A DNA stretch of 64,000 nt from Pristiophorus japonicus (taxonomy: Eukaryota), in the NCBI RefSeq assembly GCF_044704955.1, contig NC_091979.1, positions 232,004,001 through 232,068,000 on the forward strand, given 5' to 3'. Shown piece by piece: positions 22,966 to 35,793 of the stretch. The position numbers and the translations under genes were made by a program. Position 1 is the stretch's first letter, and each line of letters starts with the position of its first letter. Below the pieces are notes generated by a model that was not told the DNA's origin, ran no database searches, and saw only the letters and a list, made by a program, of their open reading frames with translations.

Positions 22966-24339
22966 ATCAACACTGGAAAGAGGGCGGGGAGTGGCAGGTG
23001 GCGAAACGGAAGTTTGAAGCAAGGATCGGGGTGAAAGCAAAGGAAGAGCATGGGGTGGGGGGGGGGAAGGGAGAGCGGGCATGAGTCAGGAAGGGGTTGA
23101 GAGAGAATGCGAGACCGAGGACGAAAAAAGGCATCCCAAACAACGAGAAGATAATAAACTTTCCAAGTTCTGAAGGATAGTAATCGGGTATTCCCCTACC
23201 CCCACCCCAAACCCCTCTGTGAGGGGGGGGGGGGGGGTTCTGTGAAGCTGATGAAAAATGACCAAAAGAGAGGGACCCTGCTGGGATATTATCCCAGGGG
23301 AGGCTCGCGTTGTGGGATAGTGGCAGTCAAGTGTTGAACCTTTTCATCGAGTGGATGGATAAAGGCAGTGACACTTCAGTCTGAATGTCTCATTGTTTCT
23401 TCACTGAGAAAGCAGTTGGTTTTTTTTAAGCAGGGGTTTGCCTTGTAGTTACTGTCGCTCTGCGCAGCACTGCCTCTTTGTTTTTTGCCCTCCTTTGATC
23501 ATGGCCCTGCCAATAGATAATTTGGCAATGGCATCTCCCAAAGTGGAAGCGTGCAATTAATGTAAAACAGCTTCTCTTTTCACTGGTTCAGTGGTCGACA
23601 AAGCAGAGCAAGGGCTGGCTGTAAATTTTCACCCAGGAGCTGATTAATTCTGAGAGGAGTGAGACACACGGGCTGTAAAACGCTCACCTCCCCATCAAAA
23701 GACAATACAAATTGGGTAGGGACCTTTTTTTTTATTAACCCTTTTCACTGATGTTAATATTATTTTAGAAACACGAGCAAGAAGGTCCCAGGTTCCACCC
23801 ACTCTGGTCAGCACGGATGATGCTGGGTGCTAGAAATGGATCTCACCGCCCCGGGCTAGAGAGCGGGAATTCGGCCAGGATTGGCAACATAAATCACCAT
23901 CCAGTGACTCCTGCTGGAAGCGTATGAGCACGGGATTGGCCTGGGCCCCGGCACTCTGCCTGCACTCGCGGTCGAGATTTTCACAGGAGCACCCATTTGA
24001 ATGAGATACCCCAGGGTGACCAGCACCGAGGGAACTGCAGCCCAGAGAGAGCTGACACCTCGTGAGAACACTGGGAAGCAGCAAAATTCATGGGGGGAGG
24101 AGGAGGAGAAAAAATAGTGTCGATTTGAAAAATCAAACTAATGTGGATTAGTAGAACACCTGCACTTCGGTGTCGATATATATGTGTGTGTGCGTATGTG
24201 ACATACATACACACACATACATGTACACGTCGCTTCCTCGTACTGGCGACAAGTTGCTACCAGATTTAATTCAGTGTTTGTGTCACAGCATGAAACACAC
24301 TGATGACTTCCATCAAGGGAGTCACTTGTGACACTATAA

Positions 24340-24585
24340 CTGATACCAGGAGTGAGTTACAGGCTGGAATCTAATCAAGGGGTTTGGGGTTTTATATATA
24401 GAATAACACATAACCGGGAGTGAGTTACAGGCTGGAATCTGATCGTGAGGTTCGGGGGGTTTATATATAGAATAACAGATACCCGGGAGTGAGTTACATG
24501 CTGGAATCTAATCGAGGGGTTCGGGGGCTTTATATATAGTATTACGGATATCCGGAAGTGAGTTACAGGCTGGAGTCTAATTAAG
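24340..24585. repeat. ~63-bp minisatellite, ~4 units (same family as 33410-34105)
   Basis: TATATAGAATAACAGATACCCGGGAGTGAGTTACAGGCTGGAATCTAATCGAGGGGTTCGGGG. Confidence 0.92.
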
Positions 24586-25684
24586 GTTTGTATGTGTCTG
24601 TCTGTCTGAATGTTTTGTGTCTGCAGTGAACATCTATCAGTTTTCTCCCTCGTTGATTGTGTGTGTCATCTTGTTTTTTTTCTGCTTTCTAATTTGATAT
24701 TTTCTATTTTTCTTCTCACCAATCACAATAAGAAATCTCTGGACTGCAATCACTTGGTCCTTTCTTCCACTGTTTGTCCCGAATGATAAAATTTGTTACA
24801 TAGTATAGATGCCTTTAAGGGGAGGCTAGATAAACACATGAGGGAGACAGGAATAGAAGGATAGGGTGAGATGAAGAGGGGTGGAGGAGGCTTGCATGGA
24901 GCATAAACACCGGCACGGACCAGTTAGGTTGAATGACCTGTTTGTGTGCTGTACTTTAAGTAACTTGTCCAGACTTCTCTGCTACATCCTATCCTGCAGT
25001 GTGTCCCGCTCCCTGATCACCCCTAACCTCACCCTCACCAACCTCCATCGGCTCCCTATTCCCCAAAGCTTTGAATTCAAATTCCTTGTCTTCTGCGACC
25101 TCCTGCAGAGTGCGCTGATCTTTAACAGTCTGGCTTCCTATGGACCCCCTTTCTCCCTCTACTCCACTTTCATTGACCTTGACCGGCGACTCTGGAACTC
25201 TCTCCCTATACTCCCTCCTCAACCCTCACCCTATCCTTGGGCTCGCCATCTCATTCCCTCCAATATTCTCCTCGAAACCTCCTTGTCCACGCCTGCAGTT
25301 ACCTCCCCAAACCCCTTTGACCTTTTTCACCTCCGTGAAGACACTTTGGGACATTTTACTGCGTTTATAGGGTGGGAGCGGGCTTAGAAATGGGATAGTA
25401 ATTGGACCACAATCAAGCGGCAGGTTGTCACGCCGACGGACGGCTGCATTACCGCCTGCACCCATTTTTAGGCGTACCTCCAGTCTGGCAGCTGGACCTC
25501 CTGCCGGGAGCGGGCGGGAACTTCATACACGTTGGCAAATCGGGGTCAACTGACGCAGTCAAAACCTCTGGCTCCACCACCACTTCCCGCTCCCAATCCC
25601 CAACCGCGGGAAGGGGCCGTTTCCAGCGATAATTACAAGGATCCTCAGCTGCAGTTAGGATAAGCAGGAGGTGGAAAGGGGACA

Positions 25685-27570
25685 TGGAGGGGGTCCAGGT
25701 ACATTGATCATTAAAATATCAAGAAGAGGTACAGAAAATAATCATAAAGGCTAATGGAATGCTGGCCTTAATATCTGGAGGACTAGAATACAAGAGGGTA
25801 GAAGTTATGTTGTAGCTATACATCATAATCATCATAGGCAGTCCCTCGGAATCGAGGAAGACTTGCTTCCACTCCTGAAGTGAGTTCTTTGGTGGCTGAT
25901 CAGTCCAATACGAGAGCCACAGACTCTATCACAGGTGGGGCAGACAGTCGCCGAGGGAAGGGGTGGGTAGGACTGGTTTGCTGCACTCTCCTTCCGCTGC
26001 CTTCGCTTGACCTCTTCATGCTCTCGGCGTTGAGACTCGAAGTGCTCAACGCCCTCCCGGATGCACTTTCTCCACTTAGGGCGGTCTTTGGGCAGAGATT
26101 CCCACTTTATCAGGGAGGCTTTGAGGGTGTCCTTGTTATGTTTCCACTGCCCACCTTTGGCTCGATTGCCATGAAGGAGCTCCGCATAGAGCACTTGCTT
26201 TGGGAGTCTCGTGTCTGGCATGCGAACTATGTGGCCTGCCCAGTGAAGCTGATCGAGTGTGGTCAATGTTTCAATGCTGGGGATATTAGTCTGGACGAGG
26301 ACACTGATGTTGGTGCATCTGTCCTCCCTGGGAATTTGCAGAATCTTGCGGAGACATCGTTGGTGATATATCTCCAGCGACTTGAGGTGTCTTTTGTACA
26401 TTGTTCATGCCTCTGAGCCATACAGGAGGGCGGGTGTAAACCATGAGCTCGGTGATAGATTTGAGGGCCTGGTCTTCGAACACTCTTTTCCTCAGGCGGC
26501 CGAAGGCTGCACTGGTGCACTGGAGGCGATGTTGAATCTCCTCATCAATGTCTGCTTTTGTTGATCGGAGGCTTCTGAGCGATGAGAAATGGTCCATGTT
26601 GTCGAGGGCCACGCCATGGATCTTGATGATTGGAGGGCAGTGTTGCGGCGAGGACAGGCTGATGGAGGACCTTTGTCTTACAGATGTTTGGCGTAAGGCC
26701 CATGCTTTCATATGCCTCAGTAAATGCATCGACTATATCCTGGAGTTCAGCCTCAGAATGTGTGCAGACGCAGGCGTCATCCACGTACTGTAGCTCAACG
26801 ACAGAGGTTGGGGTGGTCTTGGACCTGGCCTGGAGACGGCGCAGGTTGAACAGGTTCCCACTGGTTCTGTAGTTTAGTTCCACTCCAGCGGGGAGCTTGT
26901 TGACTGTGAGGTGGAGCATGGCAGCAAGGAAGATTGAGAAGAAGGTTGGAGCAATGACTCAGCCCTGTTTGACCCCGGTCCGGACGTGGATTGGGTCTGT
27001 AATGGATCCGTTGGTAAGGATCACGGCCTGCATGTCGTCGTGGAGAAGGCGGAGGATGTTGACATTTTTGGGGGCATCCGAAACGGAGGAGGACGTTCCA
27101 TAGACCCTCACGGTTGACGGTGTCAAAGGTCTTTGTAAGGTCGAAAAAGGTCATGTATAAGGGCTGGTGCTGCTCCCTGCATTTTTCCTGCAGCTGTCGC
27201 GCTGCAAAGATCATGTCCGTTGTGCCCCGTAGGGGACGACATCCACACTGTGACTCCGGGAGGAGCTCCTCGGCCATAGGGAGAAGACGGTTGGGGAAGG
27301 ATATATTGACCTTGAAGGGGTGTGCAGTGTAGGTTTACCAGAATGATACTGGACTCCAAGGGTTAAATTACGAGGAGCGATTATACAAACTCACGTGATA
27401 TCCCCTGAAATTTAGAAGGTTCGGGGTGATTTGATCCAAGTTTTCAAGGTATTAAGAGGAACAGATAGGGTAGATAGAGAGAAACTATTTCCGCTCGTTG
27501 GGAGAGTCTAGAACATAGTCTAAAAATTCGAGCCAGACTGTTCAAGAGTCATGTTAGGAAACACTCAAAA
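25685..27570 (+). mobile_element. CR1 fragment split by an RTE (pieces ~25685-25820 and ~27291-27570)
   Basis: KANGMLA-like and EGVQ-RFTR-like CR1 sequence on the two sides of the RTE. Confidence 0.7.
25821..27293 (-). mobile_element. RTE LINE, 5'-truncated, frameshifted RT
   Basis: LPESQCG..RGTTDMIFAARQLQEKCREQ..FFDLTKTFDTV; LQYVDD; (CAT)n tail. Confidence 0.93.
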
Positions 27571-28132
27571 GTTGCTCTTGGCATGTTTTACTGTTATAGG
27601 CGCTATCAAAATGCAATTTGTTGCAGTGGAGGAGAAATAAGTTTTGGTTTGTGCTAAATTGCTGGCTGCTTCAATGGGATACAGTGCAAACAGCCCAGAG
27701 GTCAGCCCAGGAATAATTTCCTTCTTTATTCTCAATTGCTCGACATTTAAAGAACGGCCCCATCCAAAGTGCTTGTATCAGGAACGTTGTTTCCTTCCCT
27801 TTCTCCCGATGCACAAGATGTTACTATACATCTCTGCACGTTAGCTCCATTGCCTCTGCCAGATGTGCACAGAAACGATGTACCGTAAATTCCCTCGCGG
27901 CACTCTCACCAATATAAAAGCTGCACCCGTGCCCTTTGTGCTGACTGGCACTTGCGGTTGGTTTTGAAGTTCCACCCCAAGGCCTGGAGGCCATAGAGTG
28001 TGGCATGGAGGTGTGAACTCTCCACCTGATGCAGCCACTCTGATGTTCTGCACACCAGTAGTGCAGCTTCGCATGTGACTTCACCACGACTGGCCTGTGA
28101 AAGGCCCAATGCTGCAATTCATTAAATGGAAT

Positions 28133-28372
28133 TGCATGGAATTTTACAGCACTGAAGCAGGCCATTCGGCCCAACAGGTCTGTGCCGCTGTTTATGTTCC
28201 ACATGAACCTTCTCCCATCCTACTATCCTTCTATTTCTTCCCCCCCCCCCCCCCCACCATGTGTTTATCCAGCTTCCCTTAAATGCATCTCTGATATTTG
28301 TCTCAACCACTCCCTGTGGTAGCCAGTTCCACATTCTCACCACTCTCTGGGTAAAGAAGTTCATCCTGAATT
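28133..28372 (-). mobile_element. CR1 3' tail
   Basis: NFFTQRVVRMWN motif; GGCCATTCGGCCC. Confidence 0.8.
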
Positions 28373-28924
28373 ACTTTCCCGCCCCCGCAACCCCGCTGTG
28401 TCTCTCTTTTCCCACTTTATCTCTTGCTTCCCCTCTCCTTCCTCCAAGGTGCAGAGTCTCGCTGGGGTATGATTCCCTGTGTTCCAACAGCTTTCCAGTA
28501 CTTCACCCAATTGCTATCACTCGAGTGGGAGCCCAGACTGTTGGGTAGAAGTGACAGTGGTTGCTGCTGTGGACGAGTGCTTAACCCATTTGAACCAGAT
28601 ATCTTTCTGTGCTATTTTAACGTAACGCTTAAGCTATTGCTAGTTGAAATGACACCAAGAGGAATTTGTACAAAAGACATTTATGCGCTCGTGCAAGAAA
28701 TGTGCGGATGATAACTTCCACCCCCAGTGAGTGCTGGAAGGCTGTTCGATCAGAGAGCGCAGCATGCCCGAGCTTAACTCCTCTCTTTTAAAGTCGAGAG
28801 ACACACACTTTCCAATGGGGAGTCACAGGATAGGGATTGGGAAGTGGAATACAGCCTGAATTCCCCTTACCCTTCCCGACCTCCGTGCTCACCCCTTTCT
28901 TATTCAGCACAGCCCTCTGTTAAA

Positions 28925-29390
28925 GAAAAGACTTGCATTTATATAGCGCCTTTCATGACCTCGGGACATCCCAAAGCACTTTACAGCCAATGAAGTACTT
29001 TTTTTAGTCACTGTTGTAATGTAGGAAAGGCGGCAGCCAATTTGTGCACAGCAAGCTCCCACAAAGAGCAATGTGATAAATGACCAGATAATCTGGGGTT
29101 TTTTTTATTGATGGTGGTTGAGGGAAAAATATTGGCCAGGAAACCAAGAAGAACTCCCCTGCTCCTCTTCGAAACAGTGCCAATGGAATCTTTTGCATCC
29201 ACCTGAGAGAGCAGACAGGGCCTCGGTTTGACCTCATCCGAAAGTTAACACCGCCGACAGTGCAGTGCTTCCTCAGCACTGCCCTGGGAGTTTCAGCCTG
29301 GATTGTGTGCTTGGGTTTCTGTGGAGCTGGAACTTGCACCTTCTGACTCCGAGACGAGGGTGCTATCTACTCACTGAGCCACGGTTGGCA
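28925..29390 (-). mobile_element. Deu-domain tRNA-SINE, full length
   Basis: Tail, core and head all present. Confidence 0.9.
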
Positions 29391-29403
29391 TGGTTTGCGT
29401 TTG

Positions 29404-29810
29404 ATGGGCAGGCCACATTGTCCACATGCCAGACACGAGACTCCCAAAGCAAGTGCTCTACTTGGAACTCCCTCACGGCAAACGAGCCAAAGGTGGACAG
29501 AGGAAACGTTACAAGGACACCCTCAAAGGCTCCCTGATAAAGGGCAACATCCCCACTGACACCTGGGAGTCCCTGGCCAAAGACCACCCTAAGTGGAGGA
29601 AGTGCATCCGGGAGGGCGTTGAGCACCTCGAGTCTCATCGCCGAGAGCATGCAGAAATCAAACACAGGCAGCGGAAGGAGCAAACCTGTCCCACCCACCC
29701 TTTCCTTCAACTACTGTCTGACCCACCTGTGACAGGGACTGTGGTTCTCGTATTGGACTGTTCAGCCACCTAAGGACTCGATTCCGAGGGACTGCCTATG
29801 ATGATGATGA
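29404..29810 (+). mobile_element. RTE 3' fragment
   Basis: MPDTRLPKQVLY; (ATG)n tail; 12-bp TSD GGTTTGCGTTTG (29392-29403) / GGTTTGCATTTG (29811-29822). Confidence 0.92.
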
Positions 29811-30360
29811 GGTTTGCATTTGTTTGAACTGTTGGTGTTTCTGCCTTTTTAACACTGGAAAATGTTCCCAATAATAATTTTGTTTTAAAAATCTGCTGTT
29901 CAGAAAAATCGTGGCAGCGAGGAGGTTATTTTGAGGGGTTTTTCAAAACTGGATCCAGCAGGGATAATGGTTGGGCAGAGCGAGCTGGCCTTTGTACAGT
30001 CCCTTCCTTTTGTGTTGTGATGGTTTTGATGCAGTTTTAATTTAATAGAAATGATTTGAAGGGTGCCGAGTCTGTTCGTGGCTCCCGCAACGGTGTTGGG
30101 ACTTGATTGAGGGAGTCCCAAAATGCTGCCCAGCAGTGCTGACTTGTGTGTAGAAAGGGCTGCGGAACACAAAGGGCTTAGCAGTGGGTGGGGATCTCCC
30201 TTGGCCACTACAGTGATGGGAGGGTCCAGAAAGCACTGGAGAGAGAAGCATCCCAATGTGGAGGGAGGGAGGGGGGGGGTAGATAAAACAGAAGAGAAGA
30301 AGCCTATTTTCTTGTGCTGAGCCTGTCAAGCACATCCGCAGAATCGCTGCAGCCAAGTTT

Positions 30361-30909
30361 TCAAAGGCAGCTGATCGTTTGATAAAAGCCGCTCCGACTC
30401 ACCGCTTTCTCACAAGTGAGGGGATGCGACCTTTGACCCTGTATCACTTTGCACTTAAAAAAAATTTCTCCCCCTCCCCACAGCCATCTCCCAAATTGCT
30501 CCAACCCATCGCTTGTCTCCTCTCCGGGAATACGTTGCAGTGCATCTCTCTGTCTCGCTTGCTCGCTCACTCGCTGTCAGAGGCTGTAATTAGGGCAGAC
30601 TGAGCTCTGTGTCCGCCTATCCTGGGCTCGCTCTCTCTCTCTCTCTCTCTCTCGTTCCCTCGCTCTCTGGCGTACAATGTCCGTCTATAATAGTTGCCCC
30701 ACATATTCCCATCATTTACATATCTTTGGGAGAACAGTGCGAATAACTTTGAAACAGGTGGCGTGGGTTGTGCAGTTGGAGTTAGAGGCGGGTGATTGGG
30801 GGGGGGGGTGGAATCGAGCAGGCGAGAGATGGAGATTCCTCAGCCTCACTTTGGTGGGGTTTCATTAGCAAATAGTTTTTTAAAGTCTTTGTAAATGTTT
30901 CCACGGTCG
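30361..30909 (+). promoter_or_regulatory. Candidate promoter plus first (5'UTR) exon; DR1 site at 30427-30439; donor TCG|GTGAGT after 30909
   Basis: Unique sequence, CTCG/CT-rich TSS-like stretch, consensus donor with no obvious matching acceptor. Confidence 0.4.
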
Positions 30910-31299
30910 GTGAGTTTGTTCTGCATGGGTGAACAGTAGCTTCTCTTCACCCCCACCCACCCCCCCCCCCCCAACCACCCAATTTTCTCTTTTTAAAAAA
31001 AAAAGAATGCTGGCTTGACCTTTCTGTGTCATTTCTATTAAAGACCCGATGAGACTAATTTTTTGTTTAAATTAAAATGGTTGTATTAATGTTGCTAAGG
31101 GCATGTTGCTAGGACTTGGGGTGTCCATGTCTGGGACGAGCGTTGCACAGCAATAGATCGTCACCCGACAAAGTTTGCTCTGAAGAATAACCTCAGCGAG
31201 GAGGAGGATTGGGGGTGAAGGTTCCTGTAGTGCCAACATACTTGCTCGGGATAGCAGTGTTGTGGCCCTCCATTTGAGGTAGCTCCGCATTCTAACATG

Positions 31300-31650
31300 A
31301 GCACCTAATCGAGGTTGATACTCCAGAGCAGTGCTGTCGGAGGTGCCATCTTTCAGAAGAGACGTTAACCCTCTCGGGTGGACGTAAAAGATCGCACGCC
31401 ACGATTTGGAAGAAGAACAAGGGAGTTCTCCCTGGTGCCGCAGCCAAAATTTATCCCTCAAATCAAAGTCACCTAAAAAGGAACCGATTATCTGGTCATT
31501 ATTACGTTGCTGTTTGTGGGAGCTTGCTGTGCGTAAATTGGCTCCTGCATTTCCTACATTACAACAGTGACCCCACTTCACAAGTTCTTCATCGGCTGTA
31601 AGGTGTTTTGGAATGCCAAAAGCTGCTATAAAAATGCAAAATCTTTCTTT
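31300..31650 (+). mobile_element. Deu-domain SINE
   Basis: GGACGTAAAAGATC core and tail. Confidence 0.8.
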
Positions 31651-31954
31651 TTGTTTCTTTGCCTAATGTTTTTCACCAAAGGTGGAGGGACTTGCATTTA
31701 GATAGAGTCTGTGCACATTGCAAGCATGCCGTGTACTGTCACGTTCTGTGAACTATTGTTGCGCAGGCACATTTAGTCGCACATTTTACTCAGACTTCGG
31801 ATGTCGAGGCTGCTCAAACAGGTCTTGATTTTCCGATCGGCATTGCATTAATTGTATTAAAATCGGGAAATCTAAGCTGATCTCTTTGGGGCTTGCATAA
31901 AGAAGGTGTAAAGCAGTGGGGGGGATGATGTTTTCATAATCAGTGCCTCTCTGG

Positions 31955-32305
31955 AATGGGGGTGGACGGAGGGGGGAGGAGTGCTGGGTAGGGAGGGGGG
32001 AGGAGGGCTGGGTGGGGGGGGAGGGAGGGGGGAGGAGGGCTGGGTGGTTGGGGGGGGGGGTGAGGGAGAGAGAGGAGTGCCGGATGGGGGTGGACGGAGA
32101 GTGGAGGAGGGCTGGGTGGGATGGAAGGAGGGGGGAGGAGGGCTGGGTGGGATGGAAGGAGGGGGGAGGAGGGCTGGGTGGGATGGAAGGAGGGGGGAGG
32201 AGGGCTGGGTGGGGCTGGGTGGGGTGCGGAGAGGAGGGCCAGATGGGGGTGGACGGAGGGTGGAGGAGGGCTGAGTGGGGGTGGAGGACGATGGGGGGAG
32301 GGCGG
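31955..32305 (+). repeat. G-rich low-complexity tract with 31-bp repeats (G-quadruplex potential)
   Basis: GGGTGGGATGGAAGGAGGGGGGAGGAGGGCT repeated. Confidence 0.85.
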
Positions 32306-33011
32306 GATGCAGTAGGACAGATTGAAGGTGAAGCGACTGGGAGTTTTATTCGATTTCAAGATGGAGCCTGGCTCTGATCACCTGCTTTGGGTGCGGGACA
32401 CCTGTGATGCAGCTTCTGTGCGATGGGGGAAAAATCGGAACCAAGAAAGCGCAAGCCAGTTTAAACATTTTTAAAAGTTGCCTTCTGTGGAAAAAAAATA
32501 TGGCAATGACTTTTGATAATATTTGCCACCGGGCTTGGAAGGGTTAACTGAGCAGTGACTCCTCCTCCTCCTATATTACATTACAGTAGAAGCGGCTGTG
32601 TCTGCAGACACAGGCGGCTAATGGAGAGAGGAAGCCCATTTCCTCTGACGCGCCGGGGTTGACGGATTGCCCTGAAGATTTATGGGAGCGATGGAACCTC
32701 TGTGCCCTGACACCTTGTTTCCATTTAGAAAGACATATGCCGAGCATAGGAAGCAATTAGGAAGGCATGAGGGGAAGAGAGAGATCCCTGTGATGTTCTG
32801 CCGTGCATTATAGTGCGGTAGCTCACAGCCCAGGCTCTGGGTTACTGACTTGAGGCAGGCGCTGATGGGTGATGGTTCAAATGCATCATCTTGTGCAGTG
32901 CTTACTGTGTGTGGGGCTTGTATGTGTGTTGGAGGGCATGATGATTCTTCTCATGTCTCACTCTGGTTTTCCTCTCCCTTCTTTCCATCTCTCTCTCTCC
33001 TGATGGCACAG

Positions 33012-33215
33012 ACTCATGTCAAGCACCATGCTCCCCTCGATACCTCGCCCAATAGATCGATTCTTCCCACACGCAAACCCAGACAGGGGGTGTTGGCAGG
33101 CTGTTCGGCAAATCACCCCCCGTCACCCCCACCCTCCGAGCCAATCGGTAGCTCCGGCACGGCACTTGGAAGAGCCACAAGATGGTGACTGGGATCATTG
33201 GAATGGGAGCAACGA
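33012..33215 (+). CDS. Candidate exon (204 bp) of an unidentified gene; ATG at 33016, MSSTMLPSIPRPIDRFFPHANPDRGCWQAVRQ...DWDHWNGSN; could be UTR
   Basis: ~55-nt polypyrimidine tract + CACAG acceptor; donor CGA|GTGAGC; open from ATG to donor (phase 2); unique sequence. Confidence 0.55.
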
Positions 33216-33409
33216 GTGAGCCCCTCCTAGGGAGGGGGAAAGAGATGGAAAAAGGAAGGGTTTTCCTGGAAAAATAGGAGTGGGGGGAAAGAGAAGGAAA
33301 AGGAAGGGTTTTCCTGGAAAAATAGGAGCAGAATAGCAATCCATTCAGATTGCTGAGGAGTAAAGTCATCAGAGGAGCTAAACAGGAGACTTGTATTGCT
33401 GCAATCTGT

Positions 33410-34105
33410 TCGGGGGGTTTATATATAGACTAATGGATACCCGGGAGTGAGTTACAGGCTGGAATCTAATCGAGGGGTTCGGGGGGTTTATATATAGAAT
33501 AACAGATACCTGGGAGTGAGTTACAGGCTGGAATCTAATCGAGGGGTTCGGGGGGTTTATATTTAGAATAACAGATACCTGGGAGTGAGTTACAGGCTGG
33601 AATCTAATCGAGGGGTTCGGGGGGGGTTTATATATAGAATAACAGATACCCGGGAGTGAGTTACAGGCTGGAATCTAATTGAAGGGTTCGGGGGGGTTTA
33701 TATATAGAATAACAGATACCCGGGAGTGAGTTACAAGCTGGGATCTAATCGAGGGGTTCGGGGTGTTTATATATAGAATAACAGATACCTGGGAGTGAGT
33801 TACAGGCTGGAATCTAATCGAGGGGTTCGGGGGGTTTATATATAGAATAACAGATACCTGGGAGTGAGTTACAGGCTGGAATCTAATCGAGGGGTTGGGG
33901 GGGGTTTATATATAGAATAACAGATACCTGGGAGTGAGTTACAGGCTGGAATCTAATCGAGGGGTTCGAGGGGTTTATATATAGAATAACAGATACCCGG
34001 GAGTGAGTTACAGGCTGGAATCTAATCGAGGGGTTCGGGGGGTTTATATATAGAACAATGGATACCTGGGAGTGAGTTACAGGCTGGAATATAATCGAGG
34101 GGTTT
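33410..34105. repeat. ~63-bp minisatellite, ~11 units
   Basis: Direct tandem periodicity. Confidence 0.96.
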
Positions 34106-34837
34106 GGATGTAAATTTACAAATCGTGTTCTCCGTTGTGATGTGTGTTGATAGTTGTGTTATAGAATTGATCATTACTGGCGCTTTAAATCAAGCAATAA
34201 CTGCCGTTGTCTATCTTGCAGAGGATTTGATGTCTGGTACTGTAATTGCATGAAAAAAATGACAAACTTGTGGAGAATGAGTGTCCCCTCGATCTAACAT
34301 CTCTCATCTGGTCTTCCTGCACCACTGAGTAACGCGTTGGAATATATCAAAGGGGCAGAGTACCCTCATCGGACATTGTGCTATCAGCCTTGTGTTTTCA
34401 TCTGCGCGGACAGGAGAGATTGGTATCGAGTGTTATTTGTAATGTAACCAGTAAAAGAGCAATTCAGCGCTGAGAATGCTGCCCTCACATGACTTTGTTA
34501 TGAGGGTCTGCCTTTTAGGCACTTCAAGTCTCTTCATCCATAAAGTTTAAAAGGCAGTGAGGCTACAGTATCAGTTTGAATTGTGCCCTTAGGACCAGAT
34601 GAGAGTTTTTTTTTGAAGATCCTATTGGTTTGGATGCAGGTATTTAACATTTCAGAGTAGCTTGTAATCACTTCTGTATATTTAAAGAATCCAATCAATT
34701 CTCTCTCCCAGAAATATATCTGATTATCTAATGACCCCATTGACACTGTCTGCTTCCACGTCCTTCCCATGGAACTTACTCTATAACTCGATCAGCCTTT
34801 GGGTGAAAACGTTACCCCCGACTTCCCTTCTTGCTCC

Positions 34838-35120
34838 TTGTGAAATTCTCATCCTTGTTTTCAAATCCCTCCTGGCCTCACCCCTCCCTATCTCTGTAAC
34901 CTGCTCCAGCCCCACAACCCCCCGAGATCTCTGCGCTCCTCCAATTCTGGCCTCTTGAGCATCCCCGATTTTAATTGCCCCACCATTGGTGGTTGTGCCT
35001 TCAGCTGCCTGGGCCCCAAGCTCTGGAACTCCGTCGCTAAACCTCTCCGTCTCCCTACCTCTCTCTCCTCCTTGAAGTCGCTCCTTAAAACCTACCTCTT
35101 TGACCAAGCTTTTGGTCACG
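34838..35120 (+). mobile_element. L2 3' fragment
   Basis: ILILVFKSL..; GGCAFSCLGPKLWNS. Confidence 0.85.
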
Positions 35121-35352
35121 CCAGTTTTCATTGTTGACCTTATGGAGGTGTTGAAGGTAGTGAATGATACGGAAAAGGTAGGTCAAGAAAATTCCTTCAA
35201 CATCAACTTGCATTTATATAAGCGCCTTTAACGTAGTAAAACGTCCTGGGGCATTTCACAGGAGTGATTATCAAACAAAAATTGACACTGAACCACATGA
35301 GATATTAGGACAGGTGACCAAAATCTTAGTCAAAGAGGTAGGTTTTGAGCAG

Positions 35353-35793
35353 AGTCTTATTCCTGGGATGGCAGGACTGTCGTATGAGGAGAGATTGGGT
35401 CGACTAAGGATCTCATTGAAATGTATAAAATTCTGACTGGGTTGAATAGACTGGATGCGGGGAGGATGTTTCCCCTGGCTGGGAAGTCTAGAACAAGGGG
35501 TCACAGTCTCAGGATACGGGGTAGGAAATTTAGGACCGAGATGAGGAGAAATATTTTCACTCAGAGGGTGATGAACCTGTGGAATTCTCTGCCACAAAAG
35601 GCTGTGGAGGCCAAGTCACTGAATATATTTAACAAGGAGATAGATAGATTTCTAGACACAAAAGACATCAAGGGGTATGGGGGGAAAGCAGGAATATGGT
35701 GTTGAGATAGAGGATCAGCCATGATATTGAATGGTGGTGTGGACTCGAAGGGCCGAATGGCCTACTGCTGCTCCTATTTTCTATGTTTCTATG
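35353..35793 (+). mobile_element. CR1 3' fragment inserted in a minus-strand L2 tail (~35195-35850)
   Basis: YKILTGLNRLDAGRMFPL..TRGHSLR..LWNSLP; TTTCTATG tail. Confidence 0.88.

Noticed and set aside
25385-25640. CpG-rich patch as a promoter
   Set aside because: Short, wedged between LINE fragments, with GTAATT..AATTAC ends suggesting an unclassified MITE; not resolvable.
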